Positions 14,168 through 28,166 of a DNA stretch of 64,000 nt are shown here, piece by piece; the first letter of the stretch is position 1, and the number at the start of each line of letters is the position of its first letter. Source of the DNA: the human T2T-CHM13v2.0 reference genome, Homo sapiens; the NCBI RefSeq assembly GCF_009914755.1, contig NC_060930.1. One strand, given 5' to 3'. Position numbers and translations under genes: made by a program. The notes beneath the pieces were generated by a model that ran no database searches, was not told the origin of the DNA, and saw only the letters and a list, made by a program, of their open reading frames with translations.

Positions 14168-14280
14168 AGGACACAGCAAGTGAGAACACTCCGAGGCGCG
14201 TGCAGCCAATGAAATCCTGGAAACTTGTTACATTTTGTTATAACAAACAAAATATAGGCCTTGGTTTTCTTTAATCTTAC

Positions 14281-14290
14281 TGATGTGCTC
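14281..14290 (-). other. Candidate 10-nt microexon H (GAGCACATCA)
   Basis: gcatttttcttcttccAG|GAGCACATCA|GTAAGA. Confidence 0.35.
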
Positions 14291-14399
14291 CTGGAAGAAG
14301 AAAAATGCTAATTTACACAGGGTCCACGTTGTAGGAAGGCTGAATTTGGTTTCCATGACCCCCGACTCTCCCTCCGCTGGTGCTCAGCTCTCCCCACAC

Positions 14400-14523
14400 C
14401 TGCCAGCTTTATTTGGATTTCTGTCAGTTCTGAAGTATCAGCTACCTGAGGCTGCAGCATCAGCCAAGAAACCGTCTCTTTCAGACGCTTGCTGGCTTCA
14501 GGGCTGCAGCCCGGGGATCTTCT
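14400..14523 (-). CDS. Candidate exon G (RRSPGCSPEASKRLKETVSWLMLQPQVADTSELTEIQIKLA); alternative internal donor after 14446
   Basis: gtttccaccgcgctttatctAG| ... CAG|GTGTGG (124 nt) or CAG|GTAGCT (78 nt); only the phase-0 frame is open. Confidence 0.4.
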
Positions 14524-15204
14524 CTAGATAAAGCGCGGTGGAAACACACACAGACACATGACGATGCTGTCGACCCACATGCCTGAGCTCTGGGATTCCA
14601 CGGCTGGAGCTCGGAACTGCGAAGGGGCAGAGACTGAGCGCAGGCAAAGGCGCACAGAGAGGACTACACAACACAAAGGATAATGTCCTCGCGATGGAGG
14701 AACCACTGTGGACAGTCAGGAAGACAGACACGCGTGGAGGGCCAGAACTGGAAGTGAGGGCGGGCATTGCTGGCTTTATCTGATCACTGGGAAGGGTGGT
14801 TGTGAAAGCCACTGAGGGTGTGTGCCTCTCCCCAGCCACAGCGGTGCTGGAGAGGAGGCTGGGGCGCTCACCACTCTTTCCTCTACCATCCGGCTCTGGG
14901 GGCCAGGTCCATGCAAAAATACGTGGAGAAAGTACAGCTTAGAGGACTTCTACTTCCAGCAAGACGCCAGGCAGAAATGACAGAGAATGATCTCGCTACA
15001 CCCACTAGAAGTGGTGGATAAAACACAACAAAAAAGGAGGTTCAACGAAAAGCTGAGTTGTAAGAAGGAAGGATTAACCCACAGGCTCCAGAAATGAGGA
15101 GGACTGGAAGAGAGAGAATGGAGTCCCCGCACTGACTTTGAGACCGTCCTGGGGGCATTTTCCGTTTCTGTAATCTTCCAGGTTAGATTTCTTGTTTTTG
15201 TGTT

Positions 15205-15850
15205 TTAATTTTTTTTATATCGAGGTGAATTTCACACAACAAAATTGATCGTTTTAACATGAATGATGAGGTGGCGTTTAGTGCATTCACACTGACGTGT
15301 CACCAGGTAATTCCCAACATCTGCCTCTTCCACGCCCATGAAGCAGTTGCTCCCCACTCTGCCCTCCCAGTCCCTGGCAACCAGCAATCCGTGCCGTCTC
15401 TGTGGGTTCACCTGCTCTGGGCATTTGGTATAGACAGAACCGCACAGCGTGGGGTCTTCTGGGTCTGGCTTCTTTTGCTCTGCATGATGTGCTCGAGGTT
15501 CGTCCATGTTGCAGGGTGTGTCAACGCTTCCTTCCCTTTAGTGGCTACATAACATGCCATTGTTTGTTTACACCACAGTTTGTGCGTCCATTCATCCATT
15601 GATGGACATGTGGGCTGTCTCTTATCTTTTGGCGACTGTGAGTTGTGCTGCTATAAACAAGTGTGTGCGTATTTTTGTTTCAGTACCTGTTTTCAACAAT
15701 CTTGGGTACATACCTAGGAGGGGGTCAGCCGCAGCCTTTCATGTGCTTCTCCGCCATTTGTAGTTCTCTTTTGGAGAAATGTCTACTTAAGCCCATCACC
15801 CATTTTTTCATTGGGCTGGTGGTCTTTTTGTTGTTCAAGCTTGGGTTTTA
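15205..15850 (-). mobile_element. Old L1M (L1MB-like) 3' fragment
   Basis: tccctggcaaccagc...gtctggcttcttttgctctgcatgatgtgctcgaggttcgtccatgttg...cattcatccattgatggacat. Confidence 0.8.
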
Positions 15851-16379
15851 ATATGCTGGAGATACAGGGAAGGAGGATGGGGCGGCTGTGAGGTGAAGAG
15901 CTGGACCTGAGGTTGCTGCGGGAGGCCTGAGCAGGGAGCGCAAAGCCTGGACGAAAGCCCCGACCAGCTGAGAAGAGGACGGGAGACATCGAACTTGTCC
16001 TGGGCTCAGGTTAACAATACATGGATTTTACGTCTTCTCTGATAATTAAAAATGCCAGGCCTGTGCCTTCCATGAGTTTGGGTGTGAATTCATAATGACA
16101 AGGGTGGCTCAGGGTGAAGTTTAATGTGACAGCTGGTCTGGTGCCAGGAACATGCCTAAGTCACAAACCCAGAACTCCGCTGAAGGGACCACCTGAAACT
16201 GAGCCACGGGGAAAGCACAGAGAGAGGAAGTGGCCTCCGAGTGCACGCACAGCCAGGAGCCCCAGAACCCAGGCAGCGCCACTCTGCACGATGGGCAGAG
16301 GACACACAAAAAGGCAAAAATGGAGCCAAGAATTCCAGAGAACAGATGAACAATATTCAGGAGTATTAAAGAAGTATTG

Positions 16380-18130
<1,751 letters not shown>

Positions 18131-18941
18131 TAGATGCTGAGTCTCATGGACTGAATTGTATCCTCAAAATTCCTGTGTTGAAGCCCGGCCCGCACATGTG
18201 GAGGGTGTGAGTCTGGAAATGCTCAGGGACCCCCGGGCTTCACAAGATGACTGAGACATTGGAGGAGGGGCCTGGGAGCCTGTGCTTGTGACCCCAACCC
18301 TTGGCTGGTGGAATAGGGGAGAGCCCAGGGCTAAGGGAGAGAAAGAACCAGTAACCCATGTGCCGGAGCCGCTCCGGGGCCTCAGTCTAGTCAGGATCCA
18401 GATCACACAGCCGTGATCGCCCACATCCCGTCCACAGAGCACTTGCTCTGTGTCCTTAGGTGAGCGGCCAGGGTGTTTCCTTTCCATGAGCAGATTCGGC
18501 TCAACTCATCCTCCTCTCACCCCAGACTCTCACCAGGCAGAAGAGGAACTGGATGGCTGACTGCAGAAGGGACCCATGAAGTGAGGGCGGCCAAGAGAAA
18601 TAACGGCAAGGCTGGGGCTAGCGTTGCCGACGGCTGCTGGAAAAGGACTCACCAAGTCCCTCAGCTCGCTAGAGACAACCAATGCTCTCAGTGGCAAACA
18701 CTGGGGTGGCAGACTGGGAAGGAGATAGTTTTTTTGAACTCATCCCAAGGATACCACCATATTTTAAAAAGTGCCAAGATGACAGTGCTCCCCCTTTTCT
18801 ATGGGAGATAGGGAAAGGCCTCCTCTGCTTTTCTTCATGGTGGGAGGCCTTGCTAATTTCTCAGGCAAGGGGATGGCTCAAAGCAGGAGAAGTGTTCCTT
18901 GGCAAGCAATGAGTAGCGTCACTGTGACCAATAGCAGCATA

Positions 18942-19352
18942 GTTCTGGGCTGCATCGCGTACCCCAAAATCCATGCCTTGAAGTCCAGCCCCAGTGCCTG
19001 GGAATGTGTCCTGATTTGGGAAAGGGCCATTGCAGCTGGGCTTAGCTGAGAGGCAGTCACCTCGGAGTATGTGGGCCTAGTCCAATATGATGGTGTCCTC
19101 AGAGGCACAGAAACAGGTGCATGGGGGACAATGGCCACCTGGCCATGGGGAGAGAGATGGGGGAAGGACCACCAGCAACCATGAAGCCAGAGAGAGGCCC
19201 GAGCACAGCCTCCCTCACAGCCCCAGCGGGAGCCAGGCCTGCGGCACCTGGACCTGGGGCTTCTGGCCTCGGGACTGTGAGACGACCAACCTCTATTGTT
19301 TAAGTCGCCCAGTCTCGGTGCCTTGTTACGGCAGCTCTGGCAAATGCGTATA
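18942..19352 (+). mobile_element. MLT1 (MaLR) solo LTR
   Basis: ccccaaaatccatgccttgaagtcc...gaatgtg...atttggg...ttctggcctc...actgtgaga...ttgtttaagtc...ttgttacggcagc. Confidence 0.8.
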
Positions 19353-20624
19353 CCACAGAAGCCAGAGGTTCCCTTCATGGGCCCACCCAGAGGAGCTGGA
19401 GAACCAGGAGAAAACATCATTCAGTGTTTAACCAAGGGGAGGGGTCAGACTTGAAATATGAGCCAATCCCAGATGTCGAAGGTCTCCTGGTGGTCTTTTA
19501 TGGGCATTTAATATGCTATTTATAGTTTTCATCTGCACCTGTAGAAAATACATAATTGTCTCAAACTAAGACTCAGGGCAAAAAAGTGTGTCTGCAACAT
19601 TGCAAGTCAGCCTGGTTGGATTACACAGATGTGGACAAGACCTTTTAAAAAATATCTTGTAACACCCCAGGCTGAGCAACCAACACTCCCCAGTGGACTA
19701 ATGCAGAGCCACGCTGCAATCAAGTTCATCACAATCATGACTACTCCGATATTCGGACACTTCGCTAGCAGAAAGAGACTATTTTACTGACTCCTACTAG
19801 AAGCTCCAGTTCCTCTCCCAGCCTTTAAGGACTAGAAATCTCTCTAAAGAAACAGTATTGCTGGGTTGTAAATAAGACATCACTCCTCTAACAGAAATAC
19901 AAAACATGATGGACCTTTTTTCTCTGCTTAAATTTATGAAGGTCATAGCTTTAGAAAGACCAATCAACACATCAGGTTCTTATTAAGTGTATTTAAGACG
20001 AAGGTAGGTCATTATCAACTATTTTCACAAAGGAACTAGGAACCGCATTTCACTCTTAATTATACATAAGTTGACTGTGCATTTTGGGGATTGTTCAAGA
20101 TGACTTCTTAACGTCAGTGGCTTCTCCCTGTCACTTGGACGCTGTCCTCACACCCCCTGGCGTGCTCCCAGGGAAGACTAGCCAACTTGACCCCCTGCTG
20201 AAGCAACACAATTGGGGTCACAGCTCCCAGCAGAGGCAGGACTTCGCTCTCTTTGGGTGAGAGGCACCTGGAGGGGCTGCCACAGAACTACATGCACCCA
20301 CCCAAGTCAGGCAGGTTCACCTGGTGGGGCTGACCCAGGACTGCATGCATGCACCTAAGTTGGGCAGATGTACCTGGAGGGGCTGCTCATGTCCCGTATG
20401 CACTCACCCCGGTCAGGCAGGTGCTTGGTAAACAGGCCCAGCTGCAAATGACAGAGGAGGCCAAGCAAACTGGGAACCTTCCTGAGGACAGATGATGGAG
20501 CTAGGAGACGGCATCTCTGAGATGCAGCAGAGACTTGCACCAGGAGCCAGGAGCCAGGCAGATGGAGAAGCAGGCATGGTTTAGAGTCCAGAAGGCAAAG
20601 CTTCTCCCTCAGAGCCGACTATGG

Positions 20625-21172
20625 GCAGAGTGTCCCAACCACCAGTGTCGACATTCTGAGTGGATGACTCTGTCGTGGGGCCTGTCCTGTGCATGCTAGG
20701 ATGTTCAGCAGTATATCTGGCCTTGACCCACTAGTGGCCAGTAGCATGTCCCCCCTGGACAGCCCAAGTTATGACAACCAAAAATGTCTCTAGAGGCCGG
20801 GCATGGTGACTCACACCTGTAATCCCAGCACTTTGGGAGGCCAAGGTTGGCGGATCATCTTGAGGTCAGGAGTTTGAGACCAGCCTGGCTAACATGGTGA
20901 AACCCTGTTTCTACTAAAAATACAAAAAATTAGCCAGGTGTAGTGGTGAGCGCCTGTAACCCCCGCTACTCAGGAGACTGAGGCACGAGAATTGCTTGAG
21001 CCTGGGAGGAGGAGGTTGCAGTGAGCTGAGATTGCTCCACTACACTCCAGCCTGAGCAACAGAGCAAGACTGTCTCAAAAAACAACAACCACAACAAAAT
21101 GTCTCTAGACGTTGCCAAATGATGTCCCTGAGTTGGGTGATGCAAAATTACCCCTGGTTCAGAAGCAATTGA
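20625..21172. mobile_element. MER20 (hAT) split by an Alu
   Basis: ggggcctgtcctgtgcatgctaggatgttcagcag...acccactag...gacaaccaaaaatgtctctaga[Alu]cgttgccaaatg...aaaattacccctggtt. Confidence 0.8.
20795..21095 (+). mobile_element. AluS with 14-bp TSD
   Basis: TSD aaaatgtctctaga at 20781-20794 and 21096-21109. Confidence 0.95.
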
Positions 21173-21834
21173 GTCTTTAGAAGCACAAGTCCAGCCTATC
21201 TGGGGTCCCGGCAGGTTTTGAAGATGGAGACTCGGGTATAGGAGGAGACACACCCATGCACCAGACTCTTAAACAAAGTCCTAGCTGTGCTCTCAGGACC
21301 GATCAGAAGCCAGCACTGAAGCAGCAGCACGAGGTTAGAGCCACCAGAAGGAAGCGTGACTCAATCCCGAGGCCCGGATTGCTGAGTTGGGCCTCCTCAA
21401 GTCCTCCCTTGGCACCAGCAGAATTACTCAAAAGCCTGTGTCTGCATCTTAGAGGCAGATGGCTACAGCCTGCTCTGGGAGGGAGCGGATGGCCAGGAGA
21501 GAGCCGGGGCCCTACCTGACGTCAGAACTGTCCTCCCAGCCCCAGCTCAGCCCGGATGCAACAGAAGCCAGAAGTGCACCCAAGGTGCAGGCAAGCAGGG
21601 ATTGTTCAGCACAAATGCACTCGTCAGTTCTAACTTATTCTTAAGCTGACTCAGCAGAGTGCTTCTTCCTCTGCTCTGGGTGATCATGGAGGCCACCCCA
21701 GGCTTGTCTAATCTCTCTCAGCCAATCACAGGCCTCTGGCCCCAGGATAGCTAATTTGTGTCCACTTGGCTGTGCTGTGGTGCCCAGTTGTTTGGTCAAA
21801 CACCAGTCTAAACTTGCTGCAGGGTATCTTTTAG

Positions 21835-21836
<2 letters not shown>

Positions 21837-21875
<39 letters not shown>

Positions 21876-22017
21876 GTTTTTGAGACAGGGCCTCTCTGTG
21901 TCACCCAGGCTGGAGTGCAGTGGAGGCTTCACAGCTCACTGCAGCCTCGACCTCCTGGAATCAAGCAATCCTCCCGCCTCAGCCTTCCAGGAGCTGGAAC
22001 TACAAGCAGGAGCCACG
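21837..22017 (-). mobile_element. (ATT)n tail plus AluJ/FLAM-like monomer
   Basis: About 13 TAT/ATT repeats then tgagacagggcctctctgtgtcacccaggctggagtgcagtgg...ctcccgcctcagcc. Confidence 0.85.
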
Positions 22018-22622
22018 TGATTAACATTGAAATCAGCAGATTTGAGTAAAGTAGATTACCTTGGTAATGTGAGTGGGCCTCGTCGAATCAGTTGAAGGCC
22101 TTAAGGGAAAAGACTGAGCTACCCTGAAGAGGAAGGAACTCTGTCTTCAGACAGCCTTGAGACTAGAACATCTACTCCCACTAGAATTCCCAGCCTGCTG
22201 GTCTGCCCTGTGAACTTGTGACTTGCCTGCCAGCCCCACAATTGTGTGAGCCAATTCCTTAACAAAAGCAAATTGCTGTCTCTCTCTAGATAGACAGATA
22301 TAGATACAAATGACATAGATATATGCATACATACATATCTAAAATTTCATATATACACATGCACACATATCTAAAACTACATATATATGTACACATATCT
22401 ATAACTGCATATATACATGTGCACACCTATGCATAGCTATGTATACACATGTGCACACCTATCTGTAACTACATATATATGTGAACACTTATTTGTAATC
22501 ACATACACGCGTGGACACCTATCTAAAACCACATATACACATGTGCACATCTATCTATAACTACATATATACACGTGCACAGTTACCTGTAACCACATAT
22601 GCACACGTGCACACCTATCTAT

Positions 22623-23591
22623 ACCACATATGCACACGTGCACACCTACGCATCACCACATATGCACACGTGCACACCTACGCATCACCACATATGCACA
22701 CGTGCACACCTACGCATCACCACATATGCACACGTGCACACCTACGCATCACCACATATGCACACGTGCACACCTACGCATCACCACATATGCACACGTG
22801 CACACCTACGCATCACCACATATGCACACGTGCACACCTACGCATCACCACATATGCACACGTGCACACCTACGCATCACCACATATGCACACGTGCACA
22901 CCTACGCATCACCACATATGCACACGTGCACACCTACGCATCACCACATATGCACACGTGCACACCTACGCATCACCACATATGCACACGTGCACACCTA
23001 CGCATCACCACATATGCACACGTGCACACCTACGCATCACCACATATGCACACGTGCACACCTACGCATCACCACATATGCACACGTGCACACCTACGCA
23101 TCACCACATATGCACACGTGCACACCTACGCATCACCACATATGCACACGTGCACACCTACGCATCACCACATATGCACACGTGCACACCTACGCATCAC
23201 CACATATGCACACGTGCACACCTACGCATCACCACATATGCACACGTGCACACCTACGCATCACCACATATGCACACGTGCACACCTACGCATCACCACA
23301 TATGCACACGTGCACACCTACGCATCACCACATATGCACACGTGCACACCTACGCATCACCACATATGCACACGTGCACACCTACGCATCACCACATATG
23401 CACACGTGCACACCTACGCATCACCACATATGCACACGTGCACACCTACGCATCACCACATATGCACACGTGCACACCTACGCATCACCACATATGCACA
23501 CGTGCACACCTACGCATCACCACATATGCACACGTGCACACCTACGCATCACCACATATGCACACGTGCACACCTACGCATCACCACATAT
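22623..23591. repeat. 32-bp minisatellite, about 30 identical copies (accacatatgcacacgtgcacacctacgcatc)
   Basis: Read directly; degenerate precursor copies at about 22330-22622. Confidence 0.98.
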
Positions 23592-24339
23592 ATACCTATG
23601 TATGCATGTCTATACATGAGACCAGAGAAGTCCCGCAGTGGTCTCCATGTCTCATCCAGGACAGAGGAAGCATTCTACCGAGTAAATTTATGAATAAGTT
23701 TGGCTTGATGAGTGCATTTGTGATGAATAATCCCTGTTTGCCTCACTTTGCATGTGCTTCCTGGCTTCTGTTGTACACGGGCTGAGCTGGGGCTGGGAGG
23801 ATGGTTCTGATGTCAGGAAAATCCCCAGCTTGCCCTGGCTGTCAGGTCCTTCTTAGAGCAGGTTGTAGCTATTGGTCACTCTCTGTATACACGTGTCTGT
23901 ATATGTGTAAATCTTTCTGTGTTTGCGTCTACCTATCTGTCTGCATCTTTTTAGATCTGTTTCTTTGGAGAGCACTGACTAGTACAATCCCATTTGCTTG
24001 TAAAGGCAGTCTCATTCTGAAATAAGACAATCTTCCGAATTCTTGATGTAAGCCTCTGCCTGTCTGGGACATTCCCCGGAAAGCAGGGGAGGGACTTGGC
24101 GCTTCTTCTCTTCACCCCTCATGTGCCACCCCCCACTAGGCTGCCAAGGCAGGTCACCCAGTTCTGCCGGCCTCAGTCTCCTCCCTAGGTCGCTGGCTCC
24201 AGGTTTGAAAAGATGTGTATAGGGCAGGGATTATTGGCTCTTTCAGTTTATGGGAGCTGTTGCTCCTTTCTTCTACTTACTTGAGGGTTTATTATTTTTT
24301 AAGTAATTACTTTCCATAGACAATGGACCAGAAAACACC

Positions 24340-24575
24340 TGAAAGATAGCGACTAAGTTCAAGGTTGCTCCACGCCAGGCATGGTGCTCCTGGTTCGAGA
24401 GCTCCACTCACGTGGTCCTTACGAGAATCTGAGCAACATGAACACCGTTTTTCAGCTGTTGAACCTAAGACTGAACAAGGTTAAATAATTTATCCAAAGT
24501 CACAAGCTAGTAGTTGCAGAGCCAGCATTTGAAGTCAGACTTAGCTGAGTCCAAGCCCGTATTCTTAAGCACCAC
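24340..24575 (-). mobile_element. MIR fragment
   Basis: aaggttaaataatttatccaaagtcacaagctagtagttgcagagccagcatttgaagtcag. Confidence 0.65.
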
Positions 24576-24967
24576 AATTTGCTTCCAGGCATCTTGTTTC
24601 TATAAAGCACTCAATGATTTTACTACAACGATCTTATTTATATGAGACTTAAGTCATTCAAATATGTTTTTAGGACATGTTAGTATAAAGACAAGGTATT
24701 GCCAAAAAGATTTTTTACCTTTCTTCCTTTTTGTTCTAGAAGGTCAATAATGAAATCTAACAAAATAATAATAAAAATAGCAGATAATAATCAAGTAAAT
24801 AACATTTGGTTTTATTTTCTTTTTAAAAATCTAAGAAAAAAGGGGTTCTGACAAATGTGACCAGAAAACCATACAATTCAGATATCCTTTTTCAACAATC
24901 ATTTATGGGTGTTTCTTGTTATTTGAGAAAATTGAGTTAGGAACAGTGACTCCTCCAATCCACTTAC

Positions 24968-25054
24968 AGTATGGAAAGCTGATATCACAGTACATTTTAA
25001 GTCCTTCTGTGGTGAACAGTCTCCTTTTATTTTGCTAATCATCATGGAGCAGAA
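24968..25054 (-). CDS. Candidate 87-nt exon F (FCSMMISKIKGDCSPQKDLKCTVISAFHT)
   Basis: ctcctgtgttcatatttAG| ... ACT|GTAAGT; only phase 0-0 is open; contains ATGATG. Confidence 0.45.
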
Positions 25055-25717
25055 CTAAATATGAACACAGGAGTGGCAGCCTGGCTCAGCCAGCCCAGAA
25101 AAATGTCTTTAAAAATGAACTTGTCTAATAAACCTTAATTCCAAATACAGAACATAAGGAAGGAGAATTTACAAATCATGGTATTAGCAGTAAGAAAAGC
25201 AAACCAGTTAAAAGGAGTTAATAGAGAATAATGATTGTTAATATGGCCATGAAAATGGGAGAAAATGGTGACAAAACTGATTATCAAAGTAGAAAAGGTA
25301 ACAAAATAATTCATGAATGATATCACGGATGCAAAAAAAAAAATTCTGATTGCATCAACAAAGATTTGTAGACGGTTGGGAGTAGTATGGAAGGAAGAAT
25401 GTAAAAGTATTCTTTTTTGTAATTTACTTCAAACATTGCTAGGTTAATAGATATTGCCATTTTATAGTAGTATAAACAAAAATGCTACAATTATACTTTT
25501 AAAAGATGCATACCTTCCACATCACAGGAGGAAAAAAATGCTTAAAAAAATCATCATAGCAAAAGTGAAGAAAACTGAATTATGTCATGATAAATTTTTA
25601 GTAATTGTGTAATTTAGTGCTCAAAAATAGTTTAGTTCAGGTGTTTTATGCTTAATTTTGGTTACTTTCATCAGTAGAGTAATATATATAATTCCAGTTC
25701 CACATTTTTGATCCTCA

Positions 25718-25736
25718 TGACCACTAGAGGGCAGAA
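25718..25736 (+). promoter_or_regulatory. CTCF motif
   Basis: TGACCACTAGAGGGCAGAA, near-consensus CTCF core. Confidence 0.65.
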
Positions 25737-26439
25737 GAGAAAAGTACAAGAGGCCCGAGATAGGTCAAATGAGCCTGATGCCATTTTGCAATGTGGGTTT
25801 TAAATGGCCTTCCCAACCAGGAATTCTGATTCGTGGTAGACACAGCTATGTCGGTGTGCCAATATGTGTATAGAAAACTCAATCCAGAATTTAAATATTT
25901 TTCCTAAATTAGGCCTTAAAATATTATTTTGCATAAAATAAGATGTAAAATAAGCATGTTTATATAAAAATATTCAAATTATTTGACCCAATAACTTCTA
26001 GGAGTTTATCCAAAGATAAAGACTGATGTATGTGGATGTTTATCATAGTGTTTTTTTTATCATGATGTATAATTGAAAATTTACCTAAGTAATCAACAAT
26101 AGGGGATTGTACTAATAAATTATGGTACAGCTATATGATGGAAAACTCTAGCTGCTTTTAAAAATATTTAAGTGTTTTGGGGAAAAGTTATGAAATGTTA
26201 AGAGAATATTATAAAAAGTATGATTTGATATTTATGAATTATATAAACTGTGTTGATTTAAATATAGAAACATATCTAGATACTGATGATAAAAATATAA
26301 GTCTGGCTGTGGGAGTACAGATATAGAAGTAGAAATGTTCCAAAAAAAAAGGTCACAGTTGAAAAAAATATACCCCTTGTTAAAAATTACTGTCTCTTCT
26401 TTATTACATTTAAATTTATTTTAAGCATTTATACCCTTC

Positions 26440-27712
26440 ACTGGGAAAACTGACTAGCCATAAGCAGAAAACTGAAACTGGACCCCTTCCTTACACCTTA
26501 TATGAAAATTAACTCAAGATGGAGTAAAGACTTAGATGTAAAACCCAAAGCCATAAAAACTCTAGAAGAAAACCTAGGCAACACCATTCAGGACATGGGC
26601 ATGCGCAAAAACTTCATGACTAAAACACCAAAAGCAATGGCAACAAAAGCCAAAATTGACAAATGGGATCTAATCAAACTAAAGAGCTTCTGCGCAGCAA
26701 AAGAAACTAGCATCAGACTGAACAGGCAACCTAAGGAATGGGAGAACATATTTGCAATCTACTCATCTGACAAAGGGCTAATATCCAGAATCTACAAAGA
26801 AGTTAAACAAATTTACAAAAAAAAAAAAAAAAAACCAACCCATCAAAAAGTCGGCAAAGGATATGAACCGACACTTCTCAAAAAAAGACATTTATGCAGC
26901 CAACAGACATATGAAAAAAAGCTCATCATCACTGATCATTAGGTATTATGATTAGGCAAATCAAAACCACAATGAGATACCATCTCACACTAGTCAGAAT
27001 GGCAATCATTAAAAAGTCAGGAAAAAATAGATGCTGGTGAGGCTGTGGAGAAATGGGAATGCTTTTATGCTGTTGGTGGGAGTGTAACTCGGTTCAACCA
27101 TTGTGGAGGACAGTGTGGCGATTCCTCAAGGATCTAGAACAAGAAATATCATTTGACCCAGCAATCCCATTACTGGGTATAGACCCAAAGGATTATAAAT
27201 CATTTTACTATAAAGACACATGCACACCTATGTTTATTGCAGCACTATTTACAATAGCAAAGACATGGAACCAACCCAAATGCCCATCAATGATAGACTG
27301 GATAAAGAAAATGTGGTACATATACACCATGGAATACTATGCAGCTATAAAAAAGAATGAGATCATGTTCTTTGCAGGGACATGGATGAAGCTGGAAGCC
27401 ATCATCCTCAACAAACTAACACAGAAACAGAAAACCAAATACTGCATGTTCTCATTCATAAGTGGGAGCTGAACAATGAGACCACTTGGACTCAGGGAGG
27501 GGAACATCACACACCGGGGCCTGTCCGGGGTGAGGGGCAAGGGGAGGGAGAGCATCAGGACAAATACCTAATGCATGTGGGGCTTAAAACCTAGATGACA
27601 GGTTGATAGGTACAGCAAATCATCATGACACATGTATGTATATGTACCAAACCTGCACATTCTGCACATGTATCCTGGAACTTAAAGTAAAATAAAAAAT
27701 AAAAATAAAATA
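26440..27712 (+). mobile_element. 5'-truncated L1PA (about L1PA7/8): 3' ORF2 + 3'UTR
   Basis: ORF2 C-terminal peptides ([42 protein letters not shown]), 3'UTR ...atgtatcctggaacttaaagt, and A tail. Confidence 0.93.
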
Positions 27713-27902
27713 GGTGGGTGGAGCCAAGATGGCTGAATAGGAACAGCTTCAGTCTACAGCTCCCAGGGTGAGTGACGCAGAAGACAGGTGATTTCTGCAT
27801 TTCCATCTGAGGTACCAGGTTCATCTCACTAGGGAGTGCCAGACAGCGGGCACAGGACAGCGGGTGCAGCATACCGTGCGCGAGCTGAAGCAGGGCGAGG
27901 CA

Positions 27903-28166
27903 TTACCTCACTCGGGAAGTGCAAGGGGTCAGGGAGTTCCCTTTCCTAGTCAAAGAAAGGGGTGACACACGGCACCTGGAAAATCGGGTCACTCCCACCC
28001 TAATACTGCACTTTTCCCACGGCCTTAAAAAACAGCGCACCAGGAGATTATATCCCACACCTGGCTCGGAGGGTCCTACGCCCACGGAGTCTCGCTGATT
28101 GCTAGCACAGCAGTCTAAGATCAAACTGCAAGGCTGCATCGAGGCTGGGGGAGGGGCGCCCGCCAT
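27903..28166 (-). CDS. L1 ORF0 (antisense ORF), 87 aa, open
   Basis: MAGAPPPASMQPCSLILDCCASNQRDSVGVGPSEPGVGY... matches primate L1 ORF0. Confidence 0.75.
   Translation of the reverse strand: MAGAPPPASMQPCSLILDCCASNQRDSVGVGPSEPGVGYNLLVRCFLRPWEKCSIRVGVTRFSRCRVSPLSLTRKGNSLTPCTSRVR

Larger units (their letters stand above)
21745..23986 (+). mobile_element. MLT2 (ERVL) LTR interrupted by an Alu fragment and an expanded internal repeat
   Basis: 5' part ctaatttgtgtccacttggctg...ttggtcaaacaccagtct; middle gattaacattgaaatcag...tgtgagccaattcctt; 3' end tctgtttctttggagagcactgactagtaca at about 23955-23986. Confidence 0.7.

Noticed and set aside
19430-19538. Strong minus-strand acceptor (tattttctacAG) with an open phase-0 frame VQMKTINSILNAHKRPPGDL...
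   Set aside because: No convincing donor was found. It could be an extra exon between F and G, but this is unsupported.
22623-23591. CRISPR-like array
   Set aside because: Repeats are head-to-tail with no unique spacers, the context is eukaryotic, and there are no cas genes.
22511-23785. Three long His/Thr/Cys-rich ORFs (329-424 aa)
   Set aside because: The 32-bp unit has no stop on the + strand and 32 is not a multiple of 3, so all frames give the same repeat peptide. This is a VNTR artefact with no evidence of coding.
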